Shown here piece by piece: positions 32,779-43,900 of a stretch of 45,680 nucleotides of DNA (within the stretch, counting starts at the first letter, position 1; every line of letters begins with the position of its first letter). The position numbers and the translations under genes were made by a program. This DNA is from Nanobdellota archaeon (GTDB taxonomy: Archaea > Nanobdellota > Nanobdellia > Woesearchaeales > JAHJEM01), in contig JAZDID010000120.1 of the NCBI GenBank assembly GCA_043805315.1, forward strand, positions 1 through 45,680, read 5' to 3'. Under the pieces are notes generated by a model. It ran no database searches, was not told the DNA's origin, and was given only the letters and a program-made list of their open reading frames with translations.

Positions 32779-35700
32779 ATGAAACGGGAAGGAAAAAAAG
32801 GAGAGAAAATGGATACGGCACAACAGCAGAGCCGCCTCTGGCGGCACAAGAGTCTTACGGCGAAAAAGCCGGGCTTCATGCAGGCTCAGGCGCTCCAGCC
32901 AGGCAGGAGACTCCTTCCCGCTGCCGGCCAGGGCACTCGACCTAGCGACAGCTCTCGCCTCCGAACAAAACAGCGCTCAACTACCTGCTGTTCAACTAAA
33001 CAGCGCTCAACATATGCCTTCCTCATGGGTGCGCTCCTCTTCGTGTTCGCCTTCTCAATGGTGCACGGCGCATTTGCAGCGCAGCTTCCCCTGCCGATCG
33101 ACGCGGCAACAAAGGCAGGCTTGCCCTCGTTTGTGCTCAACTCCTCAGACCTCATCGGAGACAGGGGAGAATATGCAAACCCCTCTGTTGCTGACCTGGA
33201 TGCTGACGGCGATTATGACATCGTGCTCGGCCTGAACAATGGCCTGCTCGAGTGGTGGAGAAATGACGGAAGCAATACCGCGCCGCTCTGGGTCTTGGCC
33301 AACGGCAGCATGATAGGAGATTACGCTGACCAATCCTCTCCGACCCTGACAGACTTTGACAACGATGGAGACTTTGACCTTTTCGTGGGCTACGGCAACA
33401 GCTACCTCTATTATTTCCAAAACACAGGCACTCCCCAGGCTCCCAGCTTCACCTATGTCAGGCGCATGCTGAGCGTAGGAAGCAATGCCATGCCTGAGGC
33501 GATAGATTACAACAAGGACGGGAATGTGGACATGTACTACGGCCGAGAAAACCCCAACATATACAAGCTCAAGAATGACGTCGGAGAGAGCGGCTTTGAC
33601 TTCAACCACTTCTACTTCCCCGACGTGGGCTCTTACTCGTCAGTATTCCTCGCTGATGTAGACGCTGACGGAGATTTTGATGCCTTCATCGGCGGGAATG
33701 ACGGCAATGTCTGGCTGTTCAAGAATCTTGGAGGATCATCGCCAAATGTTTTCGGCACAGCGAACAAGGATTACTTTGACTCGGGAACCGTGTTGTTTGA
33801 TGTTGGCAGCAGGGCAGACCCTACATTAGCAGACCTTGATGCTGACGGAGACCTTGACCTGCTCATCGGCAAGAGCGACGGCACGTTCACCTACTACAGG
33901 AATGACGGCACAGCGCGCAACGCATTCTGGACCCTCGTGCCCAATTACCTGACCGCAGATGCAGGAGACAATGCAGCGGCGACGCTCGCGGACCTGGACA
34001 ATGACGCAGACCTTGACCTGGTCATCGGGAACAATGCAGGATTCATATCCTATTATGTCAATGAGGGAACTCCTCAGGACGCAAACTTTGTCCTTTCTGG
34101 AAGCAGCCTTGTCGGAGACGTGGGCACTGACGCGAATCCAGAGCTGCGAGACCTTGATAATGACGGGAAATATGACCTTGCAGTCGGCAGGAGCGATGGG
34201 ATCATCCTCTTCTACAGAAACACCGGCACGCCAATCTCCGCCACCTTCACTGCTGCAGGAAATGTGCTTGACGACTACATCGACTATACAACGCCGAGCT
34301 TCGCAGACCTTGACGGGGACGGCGACCTTGACCTCGCAACCGGGGCAGGAGACATCGGCGGATGGGTCTCCCTGATAGAGAACACCGGAAGCCTGACCAA
34401 TTTCAGCTTCTCCAACAAGAACACCTTCTGGTTCGACAATACCGGGAGGGGAAGGACTCCTGACTTCGCAGACTTTGACAAGGACGGAGACCAGGACATG
34501 GTCATCGGACAGGAAGATGGCTATGTTTATTATTTCCGGAATGACGGGACTGCCCAAAAGCCATCCTGGGCAAGCGCGCGTGACTGGATAGGCGACTGGG
34601 GCAGTTGGACATCCCCTTCCTTCGGAGACCTGAACAATGACGGCGAGATTGACTTCATCTTGGGCGGGAGCGATTTCAATGTCTTCTACTACTTCAAGAA
34701 TGACGTCTTGGAAAGCGGGTTCAACTTTGTACAGAACACCTCAGACCTCATCGGCGACATCGGCAGCTATGCAGACCCCAAGTTCGCAGACATGGACGCT
34801 GACGGCGATTTCGACCTCTTCATTGGCACGGTAGATGGCAGGGTACGCTACTACAAAAATATCGGCAGCGCGCAAGTGCCTATTTTTGTCTCTCAAGCAG
34901 ATCCCATACCAGACCAGGGAGACTGGACTTCAATCACAACAGGAGACCTTGACGCAGATGAGGATTTAGACCTCCTCCTTGGAACATACAATGACCAGTA
35001 TGTGCGCTATTACAGAAATACTGGCAACGCAACCAACTTCAACTTTGTCCAGGCATCGACCAACCTGCTGAACAGCTACTGCAGGCCAGGAGACGGCAAC
35101 TCCAGGTGCACCCCAGAGCTTGTTGATCTTGACAATGACGGAGATCTCGATTTGCTCGTTTCGCTCTGGAATGGCTATACAAGATATTGGCGAAATGACG
35201 GCACTCCTACAATTGCTGTCTGGTCTGACCAGGGAGATATCATTGGAAACATTGGCACCGGTGGCAAACCAACTGTTGCTGACCTTGATTATGATGGAGA
35301 CAAAGATGTCCTGCTCGGCAGGTCTGACGGCATGACATTCTATTATAAGAACACAGGCAGCGCGACAAGCCCGAGCTTCACCTCTATTTATGCAGGTCCA
35401 GGAGGCTCCCAGTATTTACCTAATCAGGGAAACTACGCAAAGCCAGCATTCGCAGACCTCAACAATGACGGCAACATTGACGTGGCAGTCGGATTGGAGT
35501 CCGGCCTGACAGCATTATACTTCAACCAGGGCCATTGGCAGACCAGCCAGCAGAAAGGAGATAACCCCACCTGGATATACCAGGACAGCAACCTCTTCGA
35601 CGCTATTTGCGAGCCGAACCAGGGCACAGGCTACTGCAACGGGGAGCTTGTGGACATTGACAATGATGGAGACCTCGATGTGGTCGGCGGTAATTACTAT

Positions 35701-37350
35701 TACGGCCCGAGGTTCTGGGAGAATGTCGGCAATAGCCAGGTCTACTCATTCCTTGTCCGGCAGACCCTCGTGAGTGATTATGGCGACTCCCATGATACGA
35801 CCATGGGCGACTTTGACAATGATGGAGACCTGGACATGATGATAGGTTATAGTGATGGCAGGGTCATGTATTTCAAGAACGTGGGGACAGCCCAGACTCC
35901 CTCATTCACCACAGTCTATAGAGGAGATGACGGCTCGTATTATCTCACTGACCTCGGTGATTACGCGCGTGTCGGAGCTGTTGACATCAACAATGACGGG
36001 CTTATGGACCTCTCGTTCACAGAGACGAACGGGCCAAACGAGCAGTACTTCCTGAGAAACAAGGGCGTGCTTGCAGATCCAGTGCAGAAAGCAAGAGACA
36101 CCACATGGGTGAGCGATGGCATTGTGCTCACAAATCCTGCAAACTACAACAACAACAAGCCCAGCGCAGCAGATGTTGACGGTGACGGCGACATTGACCT
36201 TGTTGTGGGAGACGAATATGAGCGCCTCTTATACTATCGTAATGAAGGCACGCACAATGCACCAAATTACGTGCTTGACTCTGTGCTCTTTGACTTCAAC
36301 ACTTACTATGCACGGCCAGCACTCCTGGATTATGACGGAGATGGCGACTTTGACCTGCTCTCAGGAAGATATTACGGCCTTTTGCAGTATATCACCAACA
36401 GGGGAAGCTATGCAACAGCCACAACCCTCACCTTGAAAGACCAGCAGAGCCAGGCCATCGTCGCTGCGAGCGTCGTGTTCAGCGACGACTCAGGCATCGT
36501 GTGCAGCAACCAGACCGATGCCAAGGGACAGGTGCGCTGCCCGATCACGTTCGTGGGCAGCAAAGGAAGGATAAGCGTCACTGGAGGAGCTCCGGGGACA
36601 GCAACGCTCGGTGTGTTCTCGCCGAACTCGCGGGGAAACACCTATATGACGCTCCAGAACCCAGCGTCGACATTCAGCGTCGACCTCGCGAGGTTCCTGT
36701 TCCAGACCTATGGCCTGAACAACGTAGCCAAGCCGATGCACATCACTGTCCAAGATGGCGGGACGACACTCTTCTCAGAGCTCACCCAGGACAATGGATT
36801 CATTGACGGGTTCTTCCCGCAGAAATACCTGGAGAACAGGCAGGAGCCCTTCACCCAGAACAGGATCCAGTACGATGTCACGCTGGAGCGGAATAACGAT
36901 TACGCCTCTGACCTCGACTTGGATGGCGTGTTCGTGCCGAACGAGATCAACTTCAACGGCGATGCAGAGAGCACGAAGCTGTACAAGTTCATCAGCGCGC
37001 ACCAGATGTCGACAGACGCAGAGTACAAGGGATTCATCATCTACCCTGCACTGACTGCGCAGCGCGCCTACCACTTGGCAGACAGCGTGCCTACCGACTT
37101 TACCTACGCGCACCAGCTCACCGCGAGCTACCTAGGCCAGTCCTGCGCAAAGAACGCGAGCAGCACGAGTATTCTGGTGAACTCGACTGACACTGGCTGC
37201 AGTTTCCTGGCGAACCCGGTACAGACTGCAGGAGATTGGGTGAAATACGAGTTCACGGTCAGGACACCCTCACTCGACCTGTTCATCATGCAGGGGCTGA
37301 CCAACCAAAGCTACAGCTTCCCGGCAGCGCAGCTGAGCCTGATATCATAA
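32779..37350 (+). CDS. FG-GAP/VCBS-repeat (integrin-alpha-like propeller) surface protein, about 1520 aa
   Basis: About 20 repeats carrying D-x-D-x-DGD-x-D Ca-binding loops (ADLDADGDYDIVLG ... LDYDGDGDFDLLSG). C-terminal ~330 aa include a carboxypeptidase-regulatory-like Ig segment. The start is ambiguous. ATG 32779 has GGAGG 8 nt upstream but gives an ~80-aa basic extension. ATG 33025 begins directly at the hydrophobic signal MGALLFVFAFSMVHGAFA. Confidence 0.88.
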   Translation: MKREGKKGEKMDTAQQQSRLWRHKSLTAKKPGFMQAQALQPGRRLLPAAGQGTRPSDSSRLRTKQRSTTCCSTKQRSTYAFLMGALLFVFAFSMVHGAFAAQLPLPIDAATKAGLPSFVLNSSDLIGDRGEYANPSVADLDADGDYDIVLGLNNGLLEWWRNDGSNTAPLWVLANGSMIGDYADQSSPTLTDFDNDGDFDLFVGYGNSYLYYFQNTGTPQAPSFTYVRRMLSVGSNAMPEAIDYNKDGNVDMYYGRENPNIYKLKNDVGESGFDFNHFYFPDVGSYSSVFLADVDADGDFDAFIGGNDGNVWLFKNLGGSSPNVFGTANKDYFDSGTVLFDVGSRADPTLADLDADGDLDLLIGKSDGTFTYYRNDGTARNAFWTLVPNYLTADAGDNAAATLADLDNDADLDLVIGNNAGFISYYVNEGTPQDANFVLSGSSLVGDVGTDANPELRDLDNDGKYDLAVGRSDGIILFYRNTGTPISATFTAAGNVLDDYIDYTTPSFADLDGDGDLDLATGAGDIGGWVSLIENTGSLTNFSFSNKNTFWFDNTGRGRTPDFADFDKDGDQDMVIGQEDGYVYYFRNDGTAQKPSWASARDWIGDWGSWTSPSFGDLNNDGEIDFILGGSDFNVFYYFKNDVLESGFNFVQNTSDLIGDIGSYADPKFADMDADGDFDLFIGTVDGRVRYYKNIGSAQVPIFVSQADPIPDQGDWTSITTGDLDADEDLDLLLGTYNDQYVRYYRNTGNATNFNFVQASTNLLNSYCRPGDGNSRCTPELVDLDNDGDLDLLVSLWNGYTRYWRNDGTPTIAVWSDQGDIIGNIGTGGKPTVADLDYDGDKDVLLGRSDGMTFYYKNTGSATSPSFTSIYAGPGGSQYLPNQGNYAKPAFADLNNDGNIDVAVGLESGLTALYFNQGHWQTSQQKGDNPTWIYQDSNLFDAICEPNQGTGYCNGELVDIDNDGDLDVVGGNYYYGPRFWENVGNSQVYSFLVRQTLVSDYGDSHDTTMGDFDNDGDLDMMIGYSDGRVMYFKNVGTAQTPSFTTVYRGDDGSYYLTDLGDYARVGAVDINNDGLMDLSFTETNGPNEQYFLRNKGVLADPVQKARDTTWVSDGIVLTNPANYNNNKPSAADVDGDGDIDLVVGDEYERLLYYRNEGTHNAPNYVLDSVLFDFNTYYARPALLDYDGDGDFDLLSGRYYGLLQYITNRGSYATATTLTLKDQQSQAIVAASVVFSDDSGIVCSNQTDAKGQVRCPITFVGSKGRISVTGGAPGTATLGVFSPNSRGNTYMTLQNPASTFSVDLARFLFQTYGLNNVAKPMHITVQDGGTTLFSELTQDNGFIDGFFPQKYLENRQEPFTQNRIQYDVTLERNNDYASDLDLDGVFVPNEINFNGDAESTKLYKFISAHQMSTDAEYKGFIIYPALTAQRAYHLADSVPTDFTYAHQLTASYLGQSCAKNASSTSILVNSTDTGCSFLANPVQTAGDWVKYEFTVRTPSLDLFIMQGLTNQSYSFPAAQLSLIS
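32969..33011 (+). promoter_or_regulatory. Two exact copies of the 13-mer AACAGCGCTCAAC, 30 nt apart, at the 5' end of the FG-GAP gene
   Basis: Copies at 32969-32981 and 32999-33011, identical to the boxes at 6570-6582 and 6620-6632. They lie 14-56 nt upstream of ATG 33025. Confidence 0.5.
33190..36352 (+). repeat. Array of about 20 FG-GAP coding repeats
   Basis: Recurrent GA(Y)(Y)T(N)GA(Y)..GACGG(N)GA(Y) codon blocks encode DLDADGD-type loops every ~50-60 aa. Confidence 0.85.
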
Positions 37351-37372
37351 GCAAGGCATCACGAGGAACAAC

Positions 37373-37972
37373 GTGCAACGCAGACAAACACAGGAAAAGG
37401 GCATGCTCGACATGAGCATGTTCTCGACGAGGAAGCATTCCTGGATAGCGGCAGCTCTGCCGACCCTGCTCATGCTGGCTGCTATACTAATCGTAGGAGC
37501 GGCGCTGTCCGGATGCATCGAATACAACGGAGCGACAGTTCGAGTGACAGAAGTGGAAAAGGAACGGACGCACGAGTTCAGGATGGTGAGCGACGGCCAG
37601 CGCACCCTGCTTGAAGGGGCATTCAGCATCGACGGCAAATCCTATCCCGGCGAGATCTACTACGACGGGAAGAACAGCTACATCCTGCGCAAGAATCCAA
37701 ACCAGTGCATCAGCTATGACATCCCTGACAAGCTGCTGTTCGGCTTCAGGCCAATACCAGCACCTGCCGAAGAGGCCGCGTCTGGAGTCACTGTCCTCGA
37801 GAAAGACAGCAAAGACAGACCTATCATGTACAAACTTGTGGATCAGGGCATGACCTCCATCGTGGAGATCAATGGCATTGACCAGGCAACAGACGCGGGA
37901 AAAGGGTTCGACTTCAAGACGATTGATACGGGTACATGCATCAATGAAGGAGAGGTATATACTATTGGATAG
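37373..37972 (+). CDS. Small lipoprotein-like secreted protein (199 aa)
   Basis: GTG 37373 has GAGG 6 nt upstream (alternative ATG at 37403). Signal plus lipobox-like IVGAALSGC. No family recognised. Confidence 0.68.
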   Translation: MQRRQTQEKGMLDMSMFSTRKHSWIAAALPTLLMLAAILIVGAALSGCIEYNGATVRVTEVEKERTHEFRMVSDGQRTLLEGAFSIDGKSYPGEIYYDGKNSYILRKNPNQCISYDIPDKLLFGFRPIPAPAEEAASGVTVLEKDSKDRPIMYKLVDQGMTSIVEINGIDQATDAGKGFDFKTIDTGTCINEGEVYTIG

Positions 37973-40900
37973 GCAAACTCTAGAGGGGAAACGGGGAAGG
38001 GGGAAACAAGGGAAGAGCCTGTTCTCTGCCGGAGCATTGCTCCTGCTCTTGCTCCTGCTCTCTCTTCTCATGGCAGGCCTTGCCCTCGCAGCAACCCGCA
38101 AGCCGATTGTCCATCCGATCACCCTGCCGCCCCAGGTCCAGGTCCTGTTCCCGAACAATGGGGAGAACATCACCACACGCACCCTCAATGTCAGCTGGAA
38201 CGCCTTTGACCCGGACGGAGACGTGGTCACGCTCAACATCTTCGTGGACAGGAATAGTGACCCTGCAGACGGCTCCATCCAGGTCGCGTCGAGCGAGCCG
38301 AACGACGGCTGGTACATCCTCGACCTCCTCCCTCTTGCGCTTCCAGAGGACTATTACTACATCCGCGTGGACGCTGTCGCAGACATTGAACGGGTGACTG
38401 ATTATGCTGACCTGCCGTTCTACAAAGGAGGATTTGCTGTCAACTACAGCTCTGGACAGTACCAGGCGAGTGTCCTGCTTGTCCAGCAGCCAGAGATCAC
38501 TGTCTCGCCAGACCTCGCACCGCTCGGGAGAGGCATCTACCCGATCAGGTTCACTGTCCGCGACCCCAACCATGAGTCCCTGTTCGGCACATTCTATTAC
38601 TCGAGCTCGCCTGGCCAGCGCCAGAACCTCATCAGCCAGAACATTCCCCTTTCGAACATCTGCACTGATCCTGACGGCGATACTGCCACTGCCAACAACT
38701 GCACGCTGTACTGGAACACAACGCTCAACGCGAACGTGTCTATCGACATCGTGGCTACCAACACCCACCTTGAGGGGAATGCGAGCACACCACTCGTGCA
38801 GTTCGACAACAACCCTGAGGTCCAGGTCCTGTTCCCGAACGGCGGAGAGGAGCTCACGGACCGGTATGTGACCGCATCCTGGACAGCGGGAGACGTGGCT
38901 AACTTCAGCGTCCTCATCGACCTGTACTATGACGATGATGCAACAGCGTTCAACGGCAGGACCCTCATCGCGAGCGCAGAGCCCAATGACGGCTTCTATG
39001 TCTGGGACCTGCACACCGTGCAGGCAGGCGATTATTACCTGAGCATTGACGCGCGCTCCTCAGGCGTGGACAGCTCTGGCAACCCCATCACCGTGTCAAG
39101 CACTGACTACAGCAATGCCCTGTTCAGGAAGCGGGGCTTCAACGAGTCCTTCACAAGCGTCTTCGTGAGCAACAACTACACGGTCACGGTGAACGAGGCG
39201 CCTGCAGTGGAAGTCACTTCTCCGAACGGCGGAGAAACGATCAACGGGACCCAATCAGTGCAGTTCAATGTCTCAGACCTCCAGGGAGATTTCCTTGCCG
39301 CGAGCATCTACTATTCCACAGTACCCGGAGCAAAGGAGAATCTGATTGGGGCGAACATCTCGCTCAACAGCACCTACTGCGCAGACCCTGACGGGACGAC
39401 ATCCACAGAGAACAGCTGCGCCTATTCTTGGGACACTCTCGGACTGAATGGGAATTATTACCTCGACATCCTGGTGAGCGACTCCATCCTTACGGGATTC
39501 GACAGCTCTGACGCGAGCTTCACCGTGAACAACTATCCGCGAATTATGAACCTAACGGTGAGCAATGTTACGGACCAGAGCAGCCTCATATCCTGGCAGA
39601 CGCCTGACGAGGACACGAACGCCACTGTGCGCTACGGCCTTGACCAAAACCTGACACAGCAGACCTCAACGCTGAGCGTTGGCAGGATACAGGTGATCCT
39701 TCTGCAGAATCTCGTGGGAAACAAGGTCTATTATTTCAGCGCATTAAGCTGTGACGCGACAGGCTTGTGCACGAGCTCGAGCATCAGGAACTTCACGACT
39801 CTCGACAACAGGCCAGCCCTTGCGGTGCTCTCTCCGAATGGAGGAGAGGTCTTCACGACATCACAAGTGAACATCACTTGGAATGCAACAGACCCTGACC
39901 AGGACCCGATCACTCTCGACGTGTACTATGACACCGACAATCTCAGCGTGAACGGCAGGAACCTGATCTCGTCAGGTGAGGTGAATGACGGCTGGCTTGT
40001 CTGGAACATCCAGAACCTGAACAACGGGAATTACTTTGTCAGCATCGATGCAAACACCACAAGCCTGACAGAAGGCCCTGTCATTGTGCAGGACTACTCT
40101 GACAATTCATTCGAGAAGTCAGACATCTCTCTTGTCTACACCAGCAACGCCTACCAGGCTGATGTCTTGAAGAATGCGCCTGTCTCTATTGTTATCGGGG
40201 TGAATGACACAGAGCCGCTCGAAGACAATGTGACCATCAGCTTCAACCTCACAGACCTTGAGGACCAGTTCCTAACTGTATCACTCTTCTATTCTTCAGC
40301 TCCAGGATTGAAAGAGTATGCACTCTTCACTGATCTCATCATCAATGCATCCTTCTGCGCAGTGGTGCAGCAGCACAGCCAAGGAGGCGCCAGCTATGGA
40401 TGCGAGGTTGTCATAGACTCTGACAGCATCAACGGAGACTTCTACCTCGACCTTGAGGCAGACGACAGCATCCACACCAGCCTGAACAGCTCAAGCCTGC
40501 TCGCTTTCAACAACCCGCCGCACTTCATGAACATCCAGGTGCTTGACATCGACACCCACACGGTGCAGGTCAGCTGGCAGACCGCAGAGCTGACGAATGC
40601 GAGCATCAGCTATGGCCTGTCGCAGAATTACACCGACCGTGCTGCGGATAGCAATCCCCTCCTGAACCAATCCCTTGTCCTTGCGAACCTGACCGGCAAT
40701 AGGCGCTACCACTTCATGATCACGAGCTGCGACACCTCAGGAAAGTGCACGAGCACGCAGGACATGAACTTCACAACGCTCAACAACCTGCCCATTGTCC
40801 AGGTCATCTATCCGAACGGCGGCGAGCAGATCGACCAGCAGGTTCTGAACATCCAGTGGTCAGCGGTTGATGAAGACCTCGACCCGGCAACTCTTGATAT

Positions 40901-43900
40901 CTTCTATGACGTCGATGCGAACACGGCGAACGGCAGGTTCCTCATCGCAGCAAACCAGCAGAACAACGGCTCGTACACCTGGGACCTCTCCGGCCTCCAG
41001 CCAGGGCCGTATTATATCAGCATCGATGCCAAGAGCCAGGACCTCAGGCAAGGCCAGGTCACTGTGACTGATTACTCTGACGGGCGGTTCACCAAAGGCC
41101 AGTTCGGAAACACCTTCACGAGCAACTCCTACAATGTGACGGTTTTCAAGAATACCAATCCCTTCGGCAACATCACCTCTCCAACACTGTTCAGCATCCT
41201 GGTGAGGAACACCACGATCAACTTTACCGTGCATGACAATGAGGGAGACGGCCTGTATGCGAGCATCTATTATGGCGGAGAGATATTCCGCAGGCAGCTG
41301 ATCGTTACGAATCCCAGGAATACGCCACTCATCAGCTATCCAGTCTCTGCAGTCATCGACACCAAGACATTGATCGAGCAGCACAAGCTCAGGCCAGACG
41401 CAGTCGAGCTCAAGATCATCGTGGACGGGATAGAAGAGCAGCTCTTCATCGAGTCCGGATTGAACACGAACGCAACCGTCGTCTGGTTCAGCGTCAGCCT
41501 GCAGCCAGGCCAGACCAGGAATGACATCTACCTCTTGTATGGCGCTGCAGCATCATTGGCAATGGAGCGGAGCGAGCCGGATTGGACGAGGTTCTTGCCA
41601 AGCCTCAATGTGCTCGCGAACAAGCCCATCCTCAGCTTCTCATCAGAGGCAGTGGGCTTCCCTGCAGCGAACAGCAATGACAACAACACCGCAACAAAAT
41701 GGAGAGGGACAGGAAGCAGCGATTTCATCAGATACAACCTCACTGGCTTGCACAATCCGTCCATGGTGAAGTTCACCGCAGGATCAGGTACCAACCATTC
41801 CCGTGCCAGGTTCTCTCTCGACAATGCCAATTTCACGGTCATCAATGAGACCACGTTTTGGACAGGAACAGTGCAGAACATCAGCTTCAGGCCGATTGAG
41901 ATGCGCTACCTGCTCATCGACCAGATCACCTCGACGACACAGAGCGACATCTTCGAGATTGAGCTCTTCACCCCCTTGCTCATCCAGGCAGCGATCGGAG
42001 CAGAGAGTGCAGGAAGCAAAGTGCCCATCGTGCTCGGGCTTGACCTGTCCAATCCTGCGACCTGCACAGACCCTGATGGCTCCACAACAACGCCAAACAA
42101 CTGCTCGTACTTCTGGGACATGTCGCAGCTTGACGGAGAGTTCTGCATCAGGCTTGAGACAACCGACCTGATCTCAGAGACCGCAGTGCACGAAGTATGC
42201 AACATCACTATCGACAACATCAATGATTACCCTCTCCTGGTCATCCCGGTTCTGAACCAGCGCTGGGAGGTCAACACAGAGCTGATCAACGCGTTTGACC
42301 TGGATGACTATTTCAGGGATCCGAACAACGACACCCTCACATTCAATGTGACTGGCAACAGCATCATCACTGTAGGAATCGATCCCTTCACGCACCTTGT
42401 GAGCTTCAGCCAGCCGCAGAACTTCACCGGAAAGGAATTCGTGACCTTCATCGCAGACGACGGCTATCGCGGCATCACAGCCAGCAACCTAGTGGAGCTG
42501 TTTGTCACGCCCACAAAGCCGAACATCTCAGGTCTGCCAGACCAGTTCTTGCTTGAGGACTCGCCTATAGGGTTCAGCGTAGACTTATGGAATTATTCAT
42601 CAGATCAGGAAATGAATCTTTCACAGCTCTCCTATGCAGTCGTGAGCCAGACCAATGCCAGCCTGATCAATTGCGTCATCACCGGCGGGCACTTTGCCAC
42701 CTGCCTTGCGCCGCGGGCAAACGCGTCGGGAGAGTCAATCGTCAATGTCAGCGTCTCTGACAGTACATCCTTTGACTATGACTACTTCTCGATCACAGTC
42801 ATCGAGATCAATGACGCGCCTGACATCGCGAACCTGCCGGACAAGACCATCCTGGAGGACCAGGATCCTCCTGACAATTGGATCGACCTCTGGAATTATA
42901 CACAGGATGTTGAAGATCCGGACAGCAGTCTGGCATTCACCATCACAAGCCAGACAAACACCGGCCTGATCAGCTGCGACATTGCCTCGAACAGGTTTGT
43001 GAACTGCTCCAGTCCCTCGCCGACGCAATCAGGATTCAGTGATGTCAGCGTGCAGGCCACGGATACAGGAAACCTGACAGATGCAGACACCTTCAGGGTG
43101 ACCGTCATTCCTGTAGATAACATGCCGGTCATCACCCTGCTTGAACCGGTGAACGGGTATAGTACAATAGATTTCACGCTCAACTTCAGCTACACGGTCA
43201 CAGACATTGACGACACCTGGTTCCTCTGCGACCTGATCATCGACAGCATTGTGCAGGTGAATGACCGAAACGTTAGCAATGGCACAGTTGCCCTGGAAAC
43301 AGTGAGCAACCTTTCGGCAGGCATGCACACCTGGAGAGCCAGGTGCACTGACAGGTCCAACACTGCACTGTCAGAGAACAGGAGCTTCAGCATCTTCACA
43401 GACCTTGAGATTACGACGGCAGACATCACGTTCTCAGATGAGCTGCCCTTGCAGGGAGACACCATCAACATCACTGCAATAGTCAGGAACCTTGGCAGGG
43501 TTGACGCGCTCAATGTCCCTGTCGCATTCTTCCTGAACACCATACGGTTCAGCACCCAGCTCGTCAGCATACCGCAGAACAACTCGAGAAGCATCACGAT
43601 ACCATTCAACACCGGTCCTTTCACAGGGAACAACACCATCCTCGTGAAGGTGAATGAGAACGCGACAATCCAGGAGACCAACCTTGACAACAATAACGCG
43701 AGCAAAGCGCTCTTCATCACCCAGGACATCTTCCCGCCAGCATATGACGGGCTTGTCCAGCTGCCTGCAAACATTACTGAGCAAACAGGGAGTGTGAACA
43801 TCTCTGTCAATGTCACAGACAGGGGTTCAGGAGTCAATCCAACGACTGTGCGCTTGATCTACACCCTTGGAATAGGAGTGCCGCAAGTTGTGGGCATGTC

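Noticed and set aside
37487-39014. Minus-strand ORFs 37487..38317 (276 aa) and 37980..39014 (344 aa)
   Set aside because: They are antisense to clearly domain-bearing plus-strand coding sequence (the lipoprotein and the giant ORF). Their translations are R/V/D-rich low complexity with no motifs, which is typical of shadow ORFs.
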